A stretch of DNA of 64,000 bases from Phoronis australis (Eukaryota > Animalia > Phoronida). The translations under genes were made by a program, and so were the position numbers. Location: assembly GCA_002633005.1 (NCBI GenBank), contig NMRA01000829.1, positions 62,001-126,000 on the forward strand, in the 5' to 3' direction. Positions 12,601 to 58,679 of the stretch are shown here, piece by piece (the first letter of the stretch is position 1; each line of letters opens with the position of its first letter). A model generated the notes under the pieces. It had not been told where the DNA came from. It searched no databases and worked only from the letters and a program-made list of their open reading frames with translations.

Positions 12601-14511
12601 CGTCTTCTCCAAACGACGACTTATTACTACACACTCACACATTGTCAATACTCTCGTTGAAAAATGAAAGACTCGCGTAAGTCGTCACTTTGACGAGTTA
12701 AATGCTAACGTAGTAGCCACGAGACACTGGCCACGGAGCACTGGGCACGGTGCACTGGCCACGGGTCACTGGGCACGGTGCACTGGCCACGGGTCACTGG
12801 GCACGTGCACTGGCCACGGGTCACTGGCTCAGGAATAATGGTAGAGTAAACCTAATTTTCGTCAGTACTTAGCTGTCAAAAAACGAAATGCGAATTTAGC
12901 CACTTTCACTCGTAAAATTGGTTTCCTACCTTATCTTATGGAAAGATTTTTTCATTACCTACAAGAACATCCAAACCATGTGGTTGGCCAACCTTAAAAT
13001 TGTAAATTCAAAACTGATGACGCATGTTCGCATTGCGACTGACTTGACTGGCCCTCGATTCAGGTTCGAGTGAGTGTGGTAAAGTTTTAACAGTCGTTCA
13101 TAAAACTATTGTCACACTGGCAATGGTTACTGAGATGTGCACAACACTGGCTGATAAACAGTGGCAAAATCCCTACATGACCGCACGAGCATAAGTCCTG
13201 CTGATTTACATGTTAGACAGGAACGCAGAATGAGGTTTGGTTTCTAGGAATTGTTACAGCCTGGTTATCGTTGTTATGATTGATTTTCGAAAACATCAAC
13301 CAACATCAACCGGAGTACTAGGCCCTGGGTAAAAGATGTTGAACGTAAAAGGCGGTGAACAAACAACGGTTTGTTAGTTTCTTCAATTATGCATCAATTA
13401 AAAGGGGTTTCGTTTAGTATTAACATACAAAGACAGCAACACATTTGCAGCACACAAATTTCTGCCACCCTCAGAGTTCCCATAAACCCACCCTTTCACC
13501 GCTATAAAAGACTGGCCTCAGCTTGTTTGTTCCTTCTTGAAGCAACAAGTGATTTCTCGCATTGGAAAGAACTAACAGCTCATTAACATATTTTGTTTGG
13601 GTATTTGAAAAGTTGAAAAAGTTTTACAATGGTAACTGATTTAAATAAAAACGTTTTTGGCGGAATGCCGGTGGGGTAGCATTGAAAGAGCGCTTTTGTA
13701 AATTAAAGTCCATCTTAAAAACTTCGCTTAGTGGATACAATTAATTAGGAATTGTTCATTTTTGTGAGGCTAAAATACACCTACCCAGTAGATGGTCAGC
13801 TGCCATCCGGTCAATAGTGTCTTTTCAAACTGGTTGATGGCACGTGCTTGCACCATGCTGACGTCGACAGAGATGAGGAATATGATGACAGTAAATGAAA
13901 GGCAGACGAGGACCATTCCAGCTTCTACGTCAGACCAATCTGTGTAAGAGCGACAGTTTAAGTAAAAAGACAATGATTGTTTTTCTGTCTGTTTAGAGTC
14001 ATGAAAACCCGCCGTCGTCAAGAAACTATGTTTTGTACCTGGTATCGCCTTATTCTTTTCTCGAAGTGATTTCCAGGCTTGGGTGAAAGTGACGGTCGTT
14101 TTCGCTTGAGGCCAACAAAACGAACAGTAGAGAAAAATATGATGATCTATTTTGAATGCGCGAATATGGGTTGGAACGATCATTATTTTCTCATGGATTT
14201 CGACAATAGCGGTTTTGACAACAACTTTGTATATTACTGTCTCGGCGTCCTTTGCACAGAAAAAAGAGAAAGACGGCGTTTAACGTAGCTGTGAAAATAG
14301 TCTTTCGCGGGAAATCCTAGCAACGATTGCGGGCTGAACCAAAGCAAGAAACCCCTTTTCATGAAGGCAGGCTTACACGCCGCGAGGGTATCAAGACGAG
14401 GTAAGAACGACGGCTGAATCGGTTTACTCACCAAAGACAACGTCCAATGACCTTGTGCAAATCGAGCAGACGTATGACGCCGATCATCCAAACTAAATCC
14501 ATTGAAGCGAT
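6251..14511 (-). CDS. Organic solute transporter alpha (SLC51A/OST-alpha)-like multi-pass membrane protein; spliced gene, start codon not located
   Basis: Minus-strand GT-AG exons with matching phases: 14511-14377 (5' boundary tentative), 13939-13785, 12439-12366, 10916-10764, 8742-8693 (tentative), 8168-7848, 6693-6251. The joined translation LPRLDTLAAYWSDVEAG...GWQLTIYW|VVALCSFVAMLVPRAADSLDHLVS|FYVSVCQHQLLRLF...LLISKLFGMLG...KLLLLYPIILCCDLQLIFIRVLAASDVIGCNP...RGSHIHHLCLIFELLLLAIVAR follows the OST-alpha pattern (VVS..C..L.IPR; FYAVC; LQ..IF.VLA..G.I.C.P; H.LI.E..L....R). Confidence 0.8.
7848..8168 (-). CDS. OST-alpha-like exon (central TM helices)
   Basis: Within ORF 7804-8247; acceptor ctattaccag, consensus donor GTAAGT; LQLIFIRVLAASDVIGCNP. 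Confidence 0.85.
8693..8742 (-). CDS. Tentative OST-alpha-like mini-exon (NAPLGIFHITAILLFL)
   Basis: Phase 2 to phase 1 bridge with ctctaag acceptor and GTAAAT donor; an alternative is a weak phase-2 acceptor near 8204-8213 extending the next exon. Confidence 0.45.
10764..10916 (-). CDS. OST-alpha-like exon (FY..C helix and intracellular loop)
   Basis: ttccag|YVSVCQHQLLRLFLRSY...GKQR|GTGAGG; open frame, phases 2/2. Confidence 0.8.
12366..12439 (-). CDS. OST-alpha-like exon (VPR motif)
   Basis: ttgtag|VVALCSFVAMLVPRAADSLDHLVS|GTAAGT. Confidence 0.85.
12716..12828. repeat. 14-bp GC-rich minisatellite (CACTGG[C/G]CACGG[GT/TG])n, ~8 copies, in an OST-alpha-like intron
   Basis: Seen directly. 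Confidence 0.9.
13785..13939 (-). CDS. OST-alpha-like exon (TM1, W..L..Y)
   Basis: Pyrimidine-rich acceptor ...ctcttacacag, donor GTAGGT; WSDVEAGMVLVCLSFTVIIFLISV...GWQLTIYW. Confidence 0.8.
14377..14511 (-). CDS. OST-alpha-like upstream exon (…PSFLPRLDTLAA)
   Basis: Donor T|GTAAGC in phase 1 joins exon 13939 to give LPRLDTLAAYWSDVE, spaced like OST-alpha PP....L......VE; acceptor uncertain. Confidence 0.5.
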
Positions 14512-15704
14512 CTGAGGCAAATAAAATCAATGTGCAGTCGCACACGCCGACTCCATGCAGTCATGAACACCAACCTTGTCAACAACACGTCTGCAATGAC
14601 TGAACAAACCAGCACAGTGTTGACTGACTTGTGCTCAACCATGTTCTCATCCCAAAAGGTTTATTGAAGTGGACACGCAAGAAAACACGATAAGAAACAT
14701 CGAATCATGTGTTATCCTGTCTTGTAAACTGTTCACAACACCATATTGAATAACTCGCCAGCTGATTTCCAGACCATTCTGGGAAGGGTGTCTGGGATGT
14801 GATTCCCTCCCCCTAATAATCGCCGGTTTGGTTGGGCAAAAAAGGAAAAGGTTTGACACAGAGAGCCATGCGCCTTTTAAATAAGGCTCTCCAAACTTGA
14901 ATATTTTACAAAAAACGATTGCGTGTGGACTTTCTGTTCGTTTGTGATAAATTTGCTGTTCACCTCCAGCTGAGCAGGATTCACGTGGAATCAGACACGT
15001 CCATCACTGCGTGACCGCCTTTCTCTCCAGCATCGACCTCTGCACCCAGTTCGCTTACCAACTTATGGTACATGGCGTCGTCGCCATAGTCAACAAGTTC
15101 GAAGAGACTGGATCCTCCACCTGGCATCAAACAACGAACAGGAGTACATCGCCAGCTACTAACCCCATCCTGGGGTGTCCATGACGTTTGAAGGCTCCAC
15201 CCACTCAACAGTTGGTGAGGCAGTGGCCACAACGGTACTTGAGCTTAGACAAGCATGGTTCCTACATGGGGCCATAGCTGCAGTAGTATCCTTTCCTGAC
15301 AACTGGACATCTTCCACGAGATGAAATCACGCACTGGTGATACCCACCCCAGTATCCCGTTACTGATTAATTGCTTTTTTGTTGTGGTCTCAAGCAATAA
15401 CGAGCTGCCAATTCTTTCTGCTTAAGAAAAAAATTGAGATCATAATAACTAGCCTAATCAAAGGTTATTTGTTTCGCCGAAGGTGGGTTCACAGCCTGGT
15501 TTTTCACAACAACTCCAACAAGTGCCTTGCACAGTCTGGAGACAACAAGCTAAACACACGCACACTGCGCGAGTGGTGGTGAATCTTTTGGTTATCGAAT
15601 TGCTTGGAAAAGCATTTGCTGAATGTTGAACTGCTCCGTTCTTCATTATACATGTAGCGAATAAAACGCATTTGTCGTTACTTTTTGTTTGCGATGTATG
15701 TGTG

Positions 15705-16475
15705 TTTTTTTATCCCATACGCGTTGAATCTGTCGAAGGAAATACGGCCATGTAATAAAGTTTTCCGTATTCACCTCCCGCACTACTTCAACACTAACCT
15801 CTGACATAGACAGTTCGTAAGGTAGGTCAATGTCGACTCGACGTCGTTAGCCCGTTCGATCACCAAACTTTCGAAAAATAGTTTAAAGTAATACATTTAT
15901 AGTAGTGTAAATAACGCTCAACATACAATCAGGTCTCAATCGTAACATCTGTAACAGGACTGTTAATTATATGACAGTTCTGTCAGTTTTAATTTGCTAA
16001 GAATTTTATCGTCTGCAACTCAGGCGCCGATTCCTCGGTAACTACATTATCAACTATTGTTGTTATTTAACTATTTTCAGGAGATGTAACAAGTTCAATA
16101 AAAAGTTACCCTCGTTTTCATTTATGTTATCTCTTTTCAAGTACTAAATCGTCACATTTAAAACTGCTTCTTTTACTGGAGAAAACTTGCACGCTAACGC
16201 GCAAGTATATACATAATTATAGGATGTGATCCGCTACGTGAACACTAGTCTGGGTGAAGTACTTTAAAAATCTGCAGAAAAAATGAAAGGATTCAGGAAT
16301 TCGAAGCGTATGGGATAAATACAAAACGTAGCTCGATTGGCGTACATGAAGCAATATCCCACTCGATATTATTCCGGGTATCGACCTCGATCCTTCGATC
16401 TTGGTCGATACGCGTAATATTGTCTTGTGGAATAATACTTAATGTACGCCACTCTCGATACGTTTTGTGAATGTA
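15705..16475 (+). mobile_element. Dispersed ~780-bp non-autonomous element with a ~150-bp foldback end (Crypton-like?), copy A
   Basis: Collinear in reverse complement with 45575-46490; imperfect palindrome at 16321-16468 (ACAAAACGTA...TACGTTTTGT). Confidence 0.75.
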
Positions 16476-18876
16476 TTTGTAACAAAAATGTTTTAATCGC
16501 TGGCGTTCGAGCTCGGAGATTAAATTTCGGAAACCTATTACCCCAAAATGCCAGTTAGTTTAGTTTTCCAAATAGTTCTGTATGGCTTTCTACTAAAGCT
16601 ACAGATATATAACCCCAAGTTACACATGTCGGATCTAGGATGTCGAAAGGAGGGGATCAACCTAAATTTTTCTAAATAAAAATGTCCGCGTAATCTAATA
16701 AGAACCGGCATGACAAAAACAATGTGCCCATGGAATTGTGAAATAACAACACTCCACTAGCAACGTTAGTCTAAAGCTTGGACAGGCCTAAGTGGGCTTC
16801 TTGTTGTGTGGATGGAAGAGTATCACAGCAGATAAGAAGACACCATGTAGGTGGAGAGACATTTTCGTCCACGAGTCGGTTCACCTAGAACTACATTACA
16901 TGTCGTGGAAATCGACATCCCGTGAGCTCGCTTACAAATAATTCGATAAAGAGACAATTTAAAAGAATTAGAAAAGCTGAAGAAATGAAGCCGATTTATC
17001 TAAAGCAGAACTAATCGCAACGCGTTTGATGTCCGATGTTGCGAGAATGTGTCATGCACGTGGTTACGTATGTGAAGATAACCTGACTGGATACTAAGAT
17101 AGCGCACGATAGTGTTAGCCTACGAAGAAAATGTGCATTATATCAATAACCCTGTCTGCGACAGGTAACATGGCTCCGATAATTATCCCTCAGGTATTAC
17201 TGTTTTCGTGCACCTAACAAACCCAATGCGAGAGTGTGATATGTATGATACTTATAATTTCAAAGTAATTCACTGATTAATTACTTACGAGGTAACCAAG
17301 CATATACTACTGTAATAGACCAACTGGGGTAAAGTGGTAAAGTACTCACATATATGACGCATAAGATGTCGTGCAGAAGGTAAGCTGTCAAAAACTGAGC
17401 ATGAAACCGTTGAATTGTGTTCCAGTGCTTGGGTGAAGATATCTTTTTTCATGTTTTCGGAAAATTTACATTTCGAGAAAACGATCTCATGATATCATGA
17501 TTTTAACTAAGAATTCAATTCTCATTCCTCGCACGCGTGAAATAAACGCTTCCTTTTGAATACGCTAATATCACAAGTGCACATCGACGTGCTGCCTGTA
17601 ATGACGGAGAGATGCTGATTACTTTTGGCGATCCATTGACCTGCGTAAGACATTAAAATACTGAAGTAGGCTAGGCTATCTGATTTATAGATTTGTGTTT
17701 GGGAATCGGGACCGCCCTTGGGTTCTGTGAAGAAATGGTATGGAATTAGAAACTTTATCCAAAAGTGTTAAGTATAAGACATAAAAGTCGATGTTAATCG
17801 TTAGTGGGCTGTTTACTCTGGACTCTGGGGCATGAAATTGTACATGACAGAGGTCCATAGTTTTAGGGAAAGTTTGAAATACTGGAAGACGTTGAGCCAC
17901 TCGACTGGCCGAGAGTTTATTTTAAATATGCAGTTGCCTCTTTATGAAGTTTTTAGTGTGTGCTTTCAATGTTTTTTTTTAATTCGATGCCCGTTGTTTA
18001 GCCAAAAACATGGTCGGTAAACCAGCTCTTGACCTGTCGTGAGTGAGCCACCAAAAACAACGAGACCCGACGAAATCATCCGATCTTCTTTTGCACCTAC
18101 ATTTCGCTAATTTTGACGGGAAGAGGTTTTGTCCAATTGTTGAAAATTGCTGCACCTGCACACCGTATTCTTTCTATTACGAGATTGGGAGTAAGCTTGA
18201 GCCTTTTTATGACTGATGATTGCGTCACCACGAGAACATTGACGAAACGCCGAGAAAGTCATGGACTTATTCTCTCCGACTACTTGCAATATGACGCTCT
18301 CGCAAAATATCGCTCCAGAAACCACTCGATTGTCCTTTTGAACAGAGGTCTGAATAGAACACTAGACAAGGATTTTCCCGGTGACATTGTCAAATGAAAT
18401 CTAACATTTGGCAATTTATGACACTGGTACACCTCTCAAGAAAGAAAGAAGCAATCACAGAACAGGGTCTCCGGGAAATGAGTGAGAAACATGACTATAA
18501 ATGATATCCATAGACATGTTCTCAAAACTCCAATAAACAAATTTTAAAGTAAACTTAGACAATAGCCAAAAGCAGTGTCGAATTTTCTACACAATGGACA
18601 CTTGTCATCTTTAGTTCAATTCAATGGAAAAATCTTTCATGGAATTCAATCTCAGGGAGCTTTAAATATGTGAAAAAACAAAGGCTTCTTAGAAGTGTTC
18701 GACGTGTTCCTATATGGTTCAGTTAAACAAAGCACCAAATTACTGTGTAGGACTTTTGTCATAACAACGTTTTAGTAACATGTACGTTGATAATGCGTAG
18801 GTTTAATTTTTCTTTGTCCGTTTATTGTTCATCATAACCACTTCCACCGTCAACAGTATGACGTAGTAAGCAACAA

Positions 18877-19985
18877 TTAGAGCAACGCGGAGCGTTGAAA
18901 TGCGCCCACGAATGCATCGCAAATAGTGTGCTTTTAGGGTTGTTTATTTATGTTATAAAAATGGCCACTAGATGGCGCAAAAACGAACAATCCAACCAAA
19001 AACGGGAACATGTCATTGCTTCTTTAATAGAAAGCTATATACGAAATTTCATAGAAATCTGTCTCGGAACTTAGAGAAACAAACGAAAACAAAATAAAAT
19101 GAAATTGCCACTAGGGAGCACACTGTTCATTGGATAAGCCTGAAAGTCGTCATCGTCTGTTATTAGCTTCATATAAAAACACTAACTAATTAAATTTAAT
19201 AACGATCCTGTAATAGGTTTAGGAAACACAGCTATGGGCACAAAGCAAAAAACAAAAAACAAAAGAAAACTTCCACTAAGAGGCGCCACAGTAGTCAAAG
19301 TTGTCATCGTCAACCATCCTCTTTACACTGAGAACATATACGCCAATTTTCAAAACCATCCCAAGAATGATTTGGTTCAGAGGGTAGACGCCAAAAAAAA
19401 AAACAGACTCGAAAACAGCAAAAATGGCCACTAGGTGACGCCGCAAAATATCTTGATTCCATCCAAAAACGGGAGGATAGCGTCATCTCACCAATAGATG
19501 CCCGAATTCAAGATTTTATGAAAATCCGTTGAGGACCTTAGTGAAGATACAGAAGTAAACGTAAAATTAAAATTACCACCAGGGGGCACACCAGTAGTCA
19601 TATCCATCCGAAAATTGTCGTCATCCGTTGTGAACAGCATCTAAACACACCTGTTAAATTTAGTAAAGATCCTACTAACGGTTTAGGAGACACAGCCATG
19701 GGCGCAAACAAGGAAACTGCCACAGTAGTCGAAGACATCAGAAAATCATCGCTAGCCGTCCATGCTCTTCATAGGAAAACCATAGCCTACATGACAATTT
19801 TCACAATTATCCTGAAAGGGGTTTGGTTGATGGAGGGGTGGACGCCAAAACCAGACTCAAAAACAGTAAATATGGCCACCAAGTGGCGCAAACTAGGTCG
19901 AATCCATCTGAAAACGGAAAGATATCGTCACCTCACTACAGAAGACTGTTCACCAATCTTTTGTCTGGTATGACAGGCAGGCCAC
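18877..19985 (-). mobile_element. Helentron-associated interspersed element (HINE/DINE-like), copy 1
   Basis: 18879-18908 is the reverse complement of the 3' end at 25965-25995 (GTGGGCGCATTTCAACGCTCCGCGTTGCTCT); internal repeats with (A)TGGCCACTAGRKGGCGC cores match 25130-25630. Confidence 0.8.
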
Positions 19986-21299
19986 TTATCTACCAGGCTT
20001 ATTACAGCCAAAGTGTGAACACAGTCAGACCCAGTCGCGAATCGGAAAAATATATATTGTCGTAACTTCTGTTGCAGTTGGGCGATTTTGGCGATCAGCA
20101 TTTGGCGACGAATTCAGAAATGCCATTGGTTTATGTTCAAATATGTTATAACTTAACTTTTATTTTTAATAGTAGAGCCCAGTCAGGCTAGATAGGCCTA
20201 CGACTCTTATTGGAAATTAGCCTGAGAGCAATTTTTAAATTTTATTTTAAAACAAAGTTTCTGCGTTGAAAGCTTACATAATTAATTGTTATGTAATTGA
20301 TATCAACACCTGGAATATAGCTATCTCCGCCCCCAACCTTTTGGTTGAGGGGCACCTCCCCCCGTTTTTTGCTCCTATCTCTTCTTCAGCAGATCCATTT
20401 GATGTTTATTACATTCCCAAAATCCAACAGGTTCAGTACCTGCCCATTCTCCAGTAACCTACTTTCATCTGCTCAGCTCTTATTACTGAGTCTCCCTCTT
20501 GCTTATGATGTATTTCTCGTAATTTATATTACCTTTGCTGCACAAATTTTTTCTTGATTTACTCTATATTTTGCCTATGTGTTTTTTCCATTACAGTGCT
20601 CGTGTGTTTTTTGTTTTCAATATTTTAAACAAAGACACTTCACTGACAATTTTGAATTTAACAAACTAAGATTGGCCATAGTCAATGCCTTGCGTACTTC
20701 GTCGGCCCACACACACCCGCTAGGTGTCGCAACGGTCCATGATATAATAATGGCGGCGGCCTTGGTGAATAGTCTTGTTAACGTCTTTGTCGTTGGTCTG
20801 TATAGGAGACTATCTAGGTCATTCCATGCAATATCCAATGAGATAGCTCATTGGAAATAACAGCGATAATGATTCGGTGTCCGGCGATTCACTGATGCAT
20901 TAGACAACAAAAATAAAATCCTAAACACTTTCGAGTTTTAAATAGGCCTACATATTTACGATCACGTAGGACTTAAGAAAACTTTTTTCGACGTACAAGA
21001 AATACTTTTTTAATTGAGTGCATTTTCTTAGCAACTGATGAGCCAACAAACCAAGGTTGAACCTTAACCCCTGACCTATTTATTTTATTTTATTTGCAGA
21101 CACACTGAACAAGGTTGTAGATTTCGCAATGCCAGATTGCGCAAAATTTCTTCCTATTTAGTTCTTAATCTGTCAACTGGTTAAGTCATTCAAGAGTAGC
21201 CTATCACATAGATACTCATGTGCAACCCAAGAGCACATTTCACAAGCTAATTATTATATTGGACAAATTAAGCTAGGTGTTTTCCATACCAACGAAGTC

Positions 21300-21373
21300 T
21301 AAGGTCAGTAAGGAATCGGCTCGGTGATCAAACTCCAAACTAGGCAGGACGCCGAACGGCGGTGAGCGCTGCG
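21300..21373 (+). other. Possible non-coding 5'-UTR exon of the ABCA5-like gene
   Basis: CpG-rich stretch ending in the consensus donor GCG|GTAAGT; the first coding exon has an upstream acceptor, so some 5' exon is expected. Start coordinate is approximate. Confidence 0.3.
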
Positions 21374-21414
21374 GTAAGTCGATTTCATTCTAAGTTCTTG
21401 TAAGTTCTGGTTCA

Positions 21415-22060
21415 GTGATTGTATTAATTAATCACAATCATACGCTAAAGTCGGTCAAGGAGGCTAAATATTTGGGCGTGACCATCTCGCATGACGTCAA
21501 ATGGTCATCCCACAGAAGCAACATTCAGAAGAAAGTAAATTATGGCTTTCTTCGGCCAAACTTGCGTATAAGTAGCCAACGATGTAAGGAGTTTGCGTAT
21601 AAAACAATGGTTCGACCCACCTTGGAATATGCCTCTACTGTTTGGGACCCTTATACCCAAAAAGACATTGCAGCTGTAGAGAAAGTAGGCTGCAGAGGAG
21701 AGCTGCTCGCTGGGTCACGAGACGGTTCAATCGTCTATCCTCTGTAGTGTTGGTTCAATGTTAGAAACCTTAAGCTGGCCTACCCTCAGTCACAAACGCA
21801 AAGTCTGTCGGCTGAAAATGCTTTATAAATATGACAAGAAGTCAGTGATCATAAACTCTGATGTTGCCCCTATTGCAGATCTTACTGTCTCGAGCATCTG
21901 TACCAGAAGGTCATCCACTTATGGTATTCCAATAAATAGGACAGATTACAGGAATGAAAAACATTCTTTCCTAGAACAGTCGCGGACTGGAATAGCTTGC
22001 TGGGCTGCATTACATCAGTTCCTTCTCTTGATATTTTTGTCTGCCTTTCTGAAGTAACAT
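21415..22060 (+). mobile_element. 5'-truncated, frameshifted non-LTR retrotransposon (CR1/L2-group) reverse transcriptase C-terminus
   Basis: KYLGVTISHDVKW...FAYKTMVRPTLEYASTVWDPY...(Q)RRAARWV...MLETLSWPTLSHKRK. Confidence 0.88.
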
Positions 22061-22616
22061 AGTTCAGTGGGTAAACATCATATGTCGAGAAAATGAAGTC
22101 TGAAGTAACAGTGCAACACACGTGTCTAATAACACTAAAAAACAGAATAAAAACCTGTAGGAAATAATCCCTGAGTAAAGCTAACACAATTCTGGTTAAA
22201 AATACCTTATATCTCATGAATTTAACACAAGAAATCCTGTACACTTCAACACACCAAGATCAACGAAACGAAATGACAGCGACCGCTTATTCCAATACGG
22301 GCCAGAAACTACTTCCCGTATTTGAATGATGACGCCATTCCAATACGGGCCAGATTCCAATACCGGTCGGAGCATGGGCACTTTAACCAAGAAGAAGAAC
22401 TAGAAGAGGGATATTTCAATTTATGCTCACCCCCACTGCTGACTAAAGATAAATTGATTCTAGTATCTTCTTTTGATTGTGATTGCTTTAGACTGGCCTT
22501 GTTATCTTTGCAATAGCAGGCGACAGAACCAGCAAAATCACCGACACATATTCTGGGATGGTTTGTCTGACTTTAATCGTGAAACTGGAATATGGTCTCT
22601 CTCACATTTCAGGATT

Positions 22617-56106
<33,490 letters not shown>

Positions 56107-57501
56107 ACAACCACCCTGAGTTATCAGGCATGGGGAATGTAGCAAAGTGGTTTGTTGAGGTCGTTTCTAGTGCATCACGCCTGGTACGACATCCATCTTG
56201 AGATATGTATGTGATTCCTCTGGAGTGTCATGATTTTTGTGTCGTTAGCAGACACAATTTATGGCGTGTGACACTTTCACTTTTCTGTGACTGTGCCATG
56301 TCTGGTAGAGGGCGTCACAGGCCTTGAATTGATTTGTCTCAGACTTGCTTTGTCTTGAAAGTGACAATTTCTGGGGCTGTGAAAGCGCACTAAATCACTT
56401 AGATATTGTTTTTAACTTACCTCTTTTTAATTACAAATTCCTGGAACTCCTTATACTTAAGCCAGTAACATTTATGATCTTAAACCTTTGCTTTTGTATA
56501 GGAAATCTACAGTATGTCAAGGTAACATTTGTAATTGTATATGTTTTAACTTCTTAGAGCGAATGAAGTTCATGGATTACTAACTTTCATTGTTACTTCT
56601 GCCTCAGACTTATTTTCTTCAAGTTTGAAGTTGGCAACTTTAACTTAACCAGTTTTTGTTCCGTGTAGATTTATAAATGCTTTTATTCGAATTTCACCTT
56701 AAGATCCAGTGCATGTCCGACATACTCACCTTTGTGCCATGCAATGTTTTAATTTCTTGCAAAGTCCACCGGCCCACATTACAATGATGAATCAAATGGA
56801 CAATAATTATCAGCGCACCGTCATTAGCAGCAAATACATTGGATTATAACGGGTTACCTAGCAACGTCTTTCTTTTCTTCTCTACCTCCAGCTAGTATTT
56901 ACACACGTTTTTCAAATCAGTTTTGAGAGCTTACAATTCTAATAAAGTTTCCAAAACTAATGTTATATATATTCAATGTCAGGTATCTTTGGTGGATATC
57001 TGTATGGAGGACATTCATGCTAAAGGTGTATTTTAGTTTCTTTCTCTCTCATATTACAGCTGTGACATACTCTGTCCTCCCTGTCAGTCCCACTATATCT
57101 TCCTTCTTTATCGTCTGCTCAGTGAAAATCGCACAACTGAAGCTAGCAAACACACGAATGTGATCTAATCCTAGACAAGTGACATATTGTTCCATGACTA
57201 CGTTGTTTTTAAACAATGCCTATGCATCAAGTCTGAGCTTGCCTGACAAGTCGGAATGCCAACTCTGCTGGTTCAAATCATGACATTTTTGAGGAAACAC
57301 ACTTGCGAAGGCCAATTCATTCACTGCACCTTGATTTATCCTAACAAAACCAAAACCAGAATGAAGATGACAAATTCTTAACTTCTAATAGTGCCTCATT
57401 GGAGAAAGGTCTAGAGTTGAAGTGCAAGATCAGTTGAGTATTCTTTTGAATTTGTGTAGCCTAGTTACTGTTGCCTAGTTACTGTTGCCTAGTTACTGAA
57501 G

Positions 57502-57798
57502 CTGGGTTCTCTTTCATGAAAACGGTTTAATAATTCTTAGGCAGAAATTTGGTCTGGCACTCCTACTTCACAAGTAGCAAATTGCACTCCTACTTCTCAA
57601 GTAGTAAATGAAGGTTTAGTCATGTCATTATTGGCACATCACTAGCTGGAAATAATTTGTACAAATTTTGTCAGGAAGTAGTTGTTACTTAAATCTTTTG
57701 GTAAAGTGACTTGATTATTTTACACAAATAGTTGTGTGGAGTTTAAGACCAAATTTATGACTTAGGTCTTAAGTTACTTTTCATAAAACAGATCCCAG
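57502..57798. mobile_element. Decayed Harbinger-type MITE
   Basis: CTGGGTTCTCTTTCATGAAAA ... TTTTCATAAAACAGATCCCAG inverted termini; TTAAGAC/GTCTTAA internal motifs shared with the 45979 family. Confidence 0.6.
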
Positions 57799-58679
57799 GG
57801 AAAGCCATCTTTTTGAATAGAAAAGTGTATTTACTCTGGCTCAGTGGACCAGGATTTTCAAGCGTATTTACACTGACTCAGTGGACCAGGATTTTCAAGT
57901 GCAACACTTTGTTTGTTAGAATGTTGGATCCTTGGACAGTTGAAGCATGATGTGTTTCATCGTCAGTTTTTTGGTGACACACTTAGCAAGGTGCTCCATT
58001 CAATTATTTTTTAATTGCTCAGTCTAGATCTGTCTCGATTTATGCGTATGTCTGAAGGGTTCACGTACCTAGTTACGAAGTGTGGGTTGGCAGAAACGAG
58101 TGGGTTGAAGTTTTAAAATCAGACATTGACAAAATCTTCAATCCTCAGAACATTAACAAAATTTTGCAGTAAAAGCTTTCCCCTGCACGTCAAGCGCTTT
58201 TTGCCATCAGTTTTTGCTTCCGTTCACCACGACGGGGGAGTGGGGGGGGGTGGGGGGCACTCGGGACTTGTACAGGGTTTGTCATTAGTTTAAAAACTTG
58301 TTCTTCCCATTACGCTGTTTAGCTAATTTTGCCGAATTCAGCTAGTAAGTTAACCAAGACATTGTTTATATTATGAAGTATTGCAAAAAACTTTTTAACC
58401 TAATTTCATAACTTATTTATTCAGGAGGATTTTCAAGTAACTGTACTTGATTTAAGTTGTTTTTATGTAATGTCAGCTGTCAAAACAAGACTCGGGTAGA
58501 TAAGCCAAAGGTTTGGTCTCTTACTACATGACACTGGACAATAGGAGTGTAAAATTTTGTATTGTGTTACAAGAGTACTTGGTGTATTTTTGCATTTCTA
58601 GGCAATGTTTTATGAAAGTTATACATAATGGCAACAATTTTGTCCAGTTATCATGTCCTTTCTGTATCATCATCAAGAT

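Noticed and set aside
13782-13939. Minus-strand exon read as a second ABCA TMD fragment (…LLTGWQLTIYW)
   Set aside because: The downstream exons (VPR motif, FY..C, LQ..VLA..C.P) fit OST-alpha much better, and no NBD exons were found on the minus strand.
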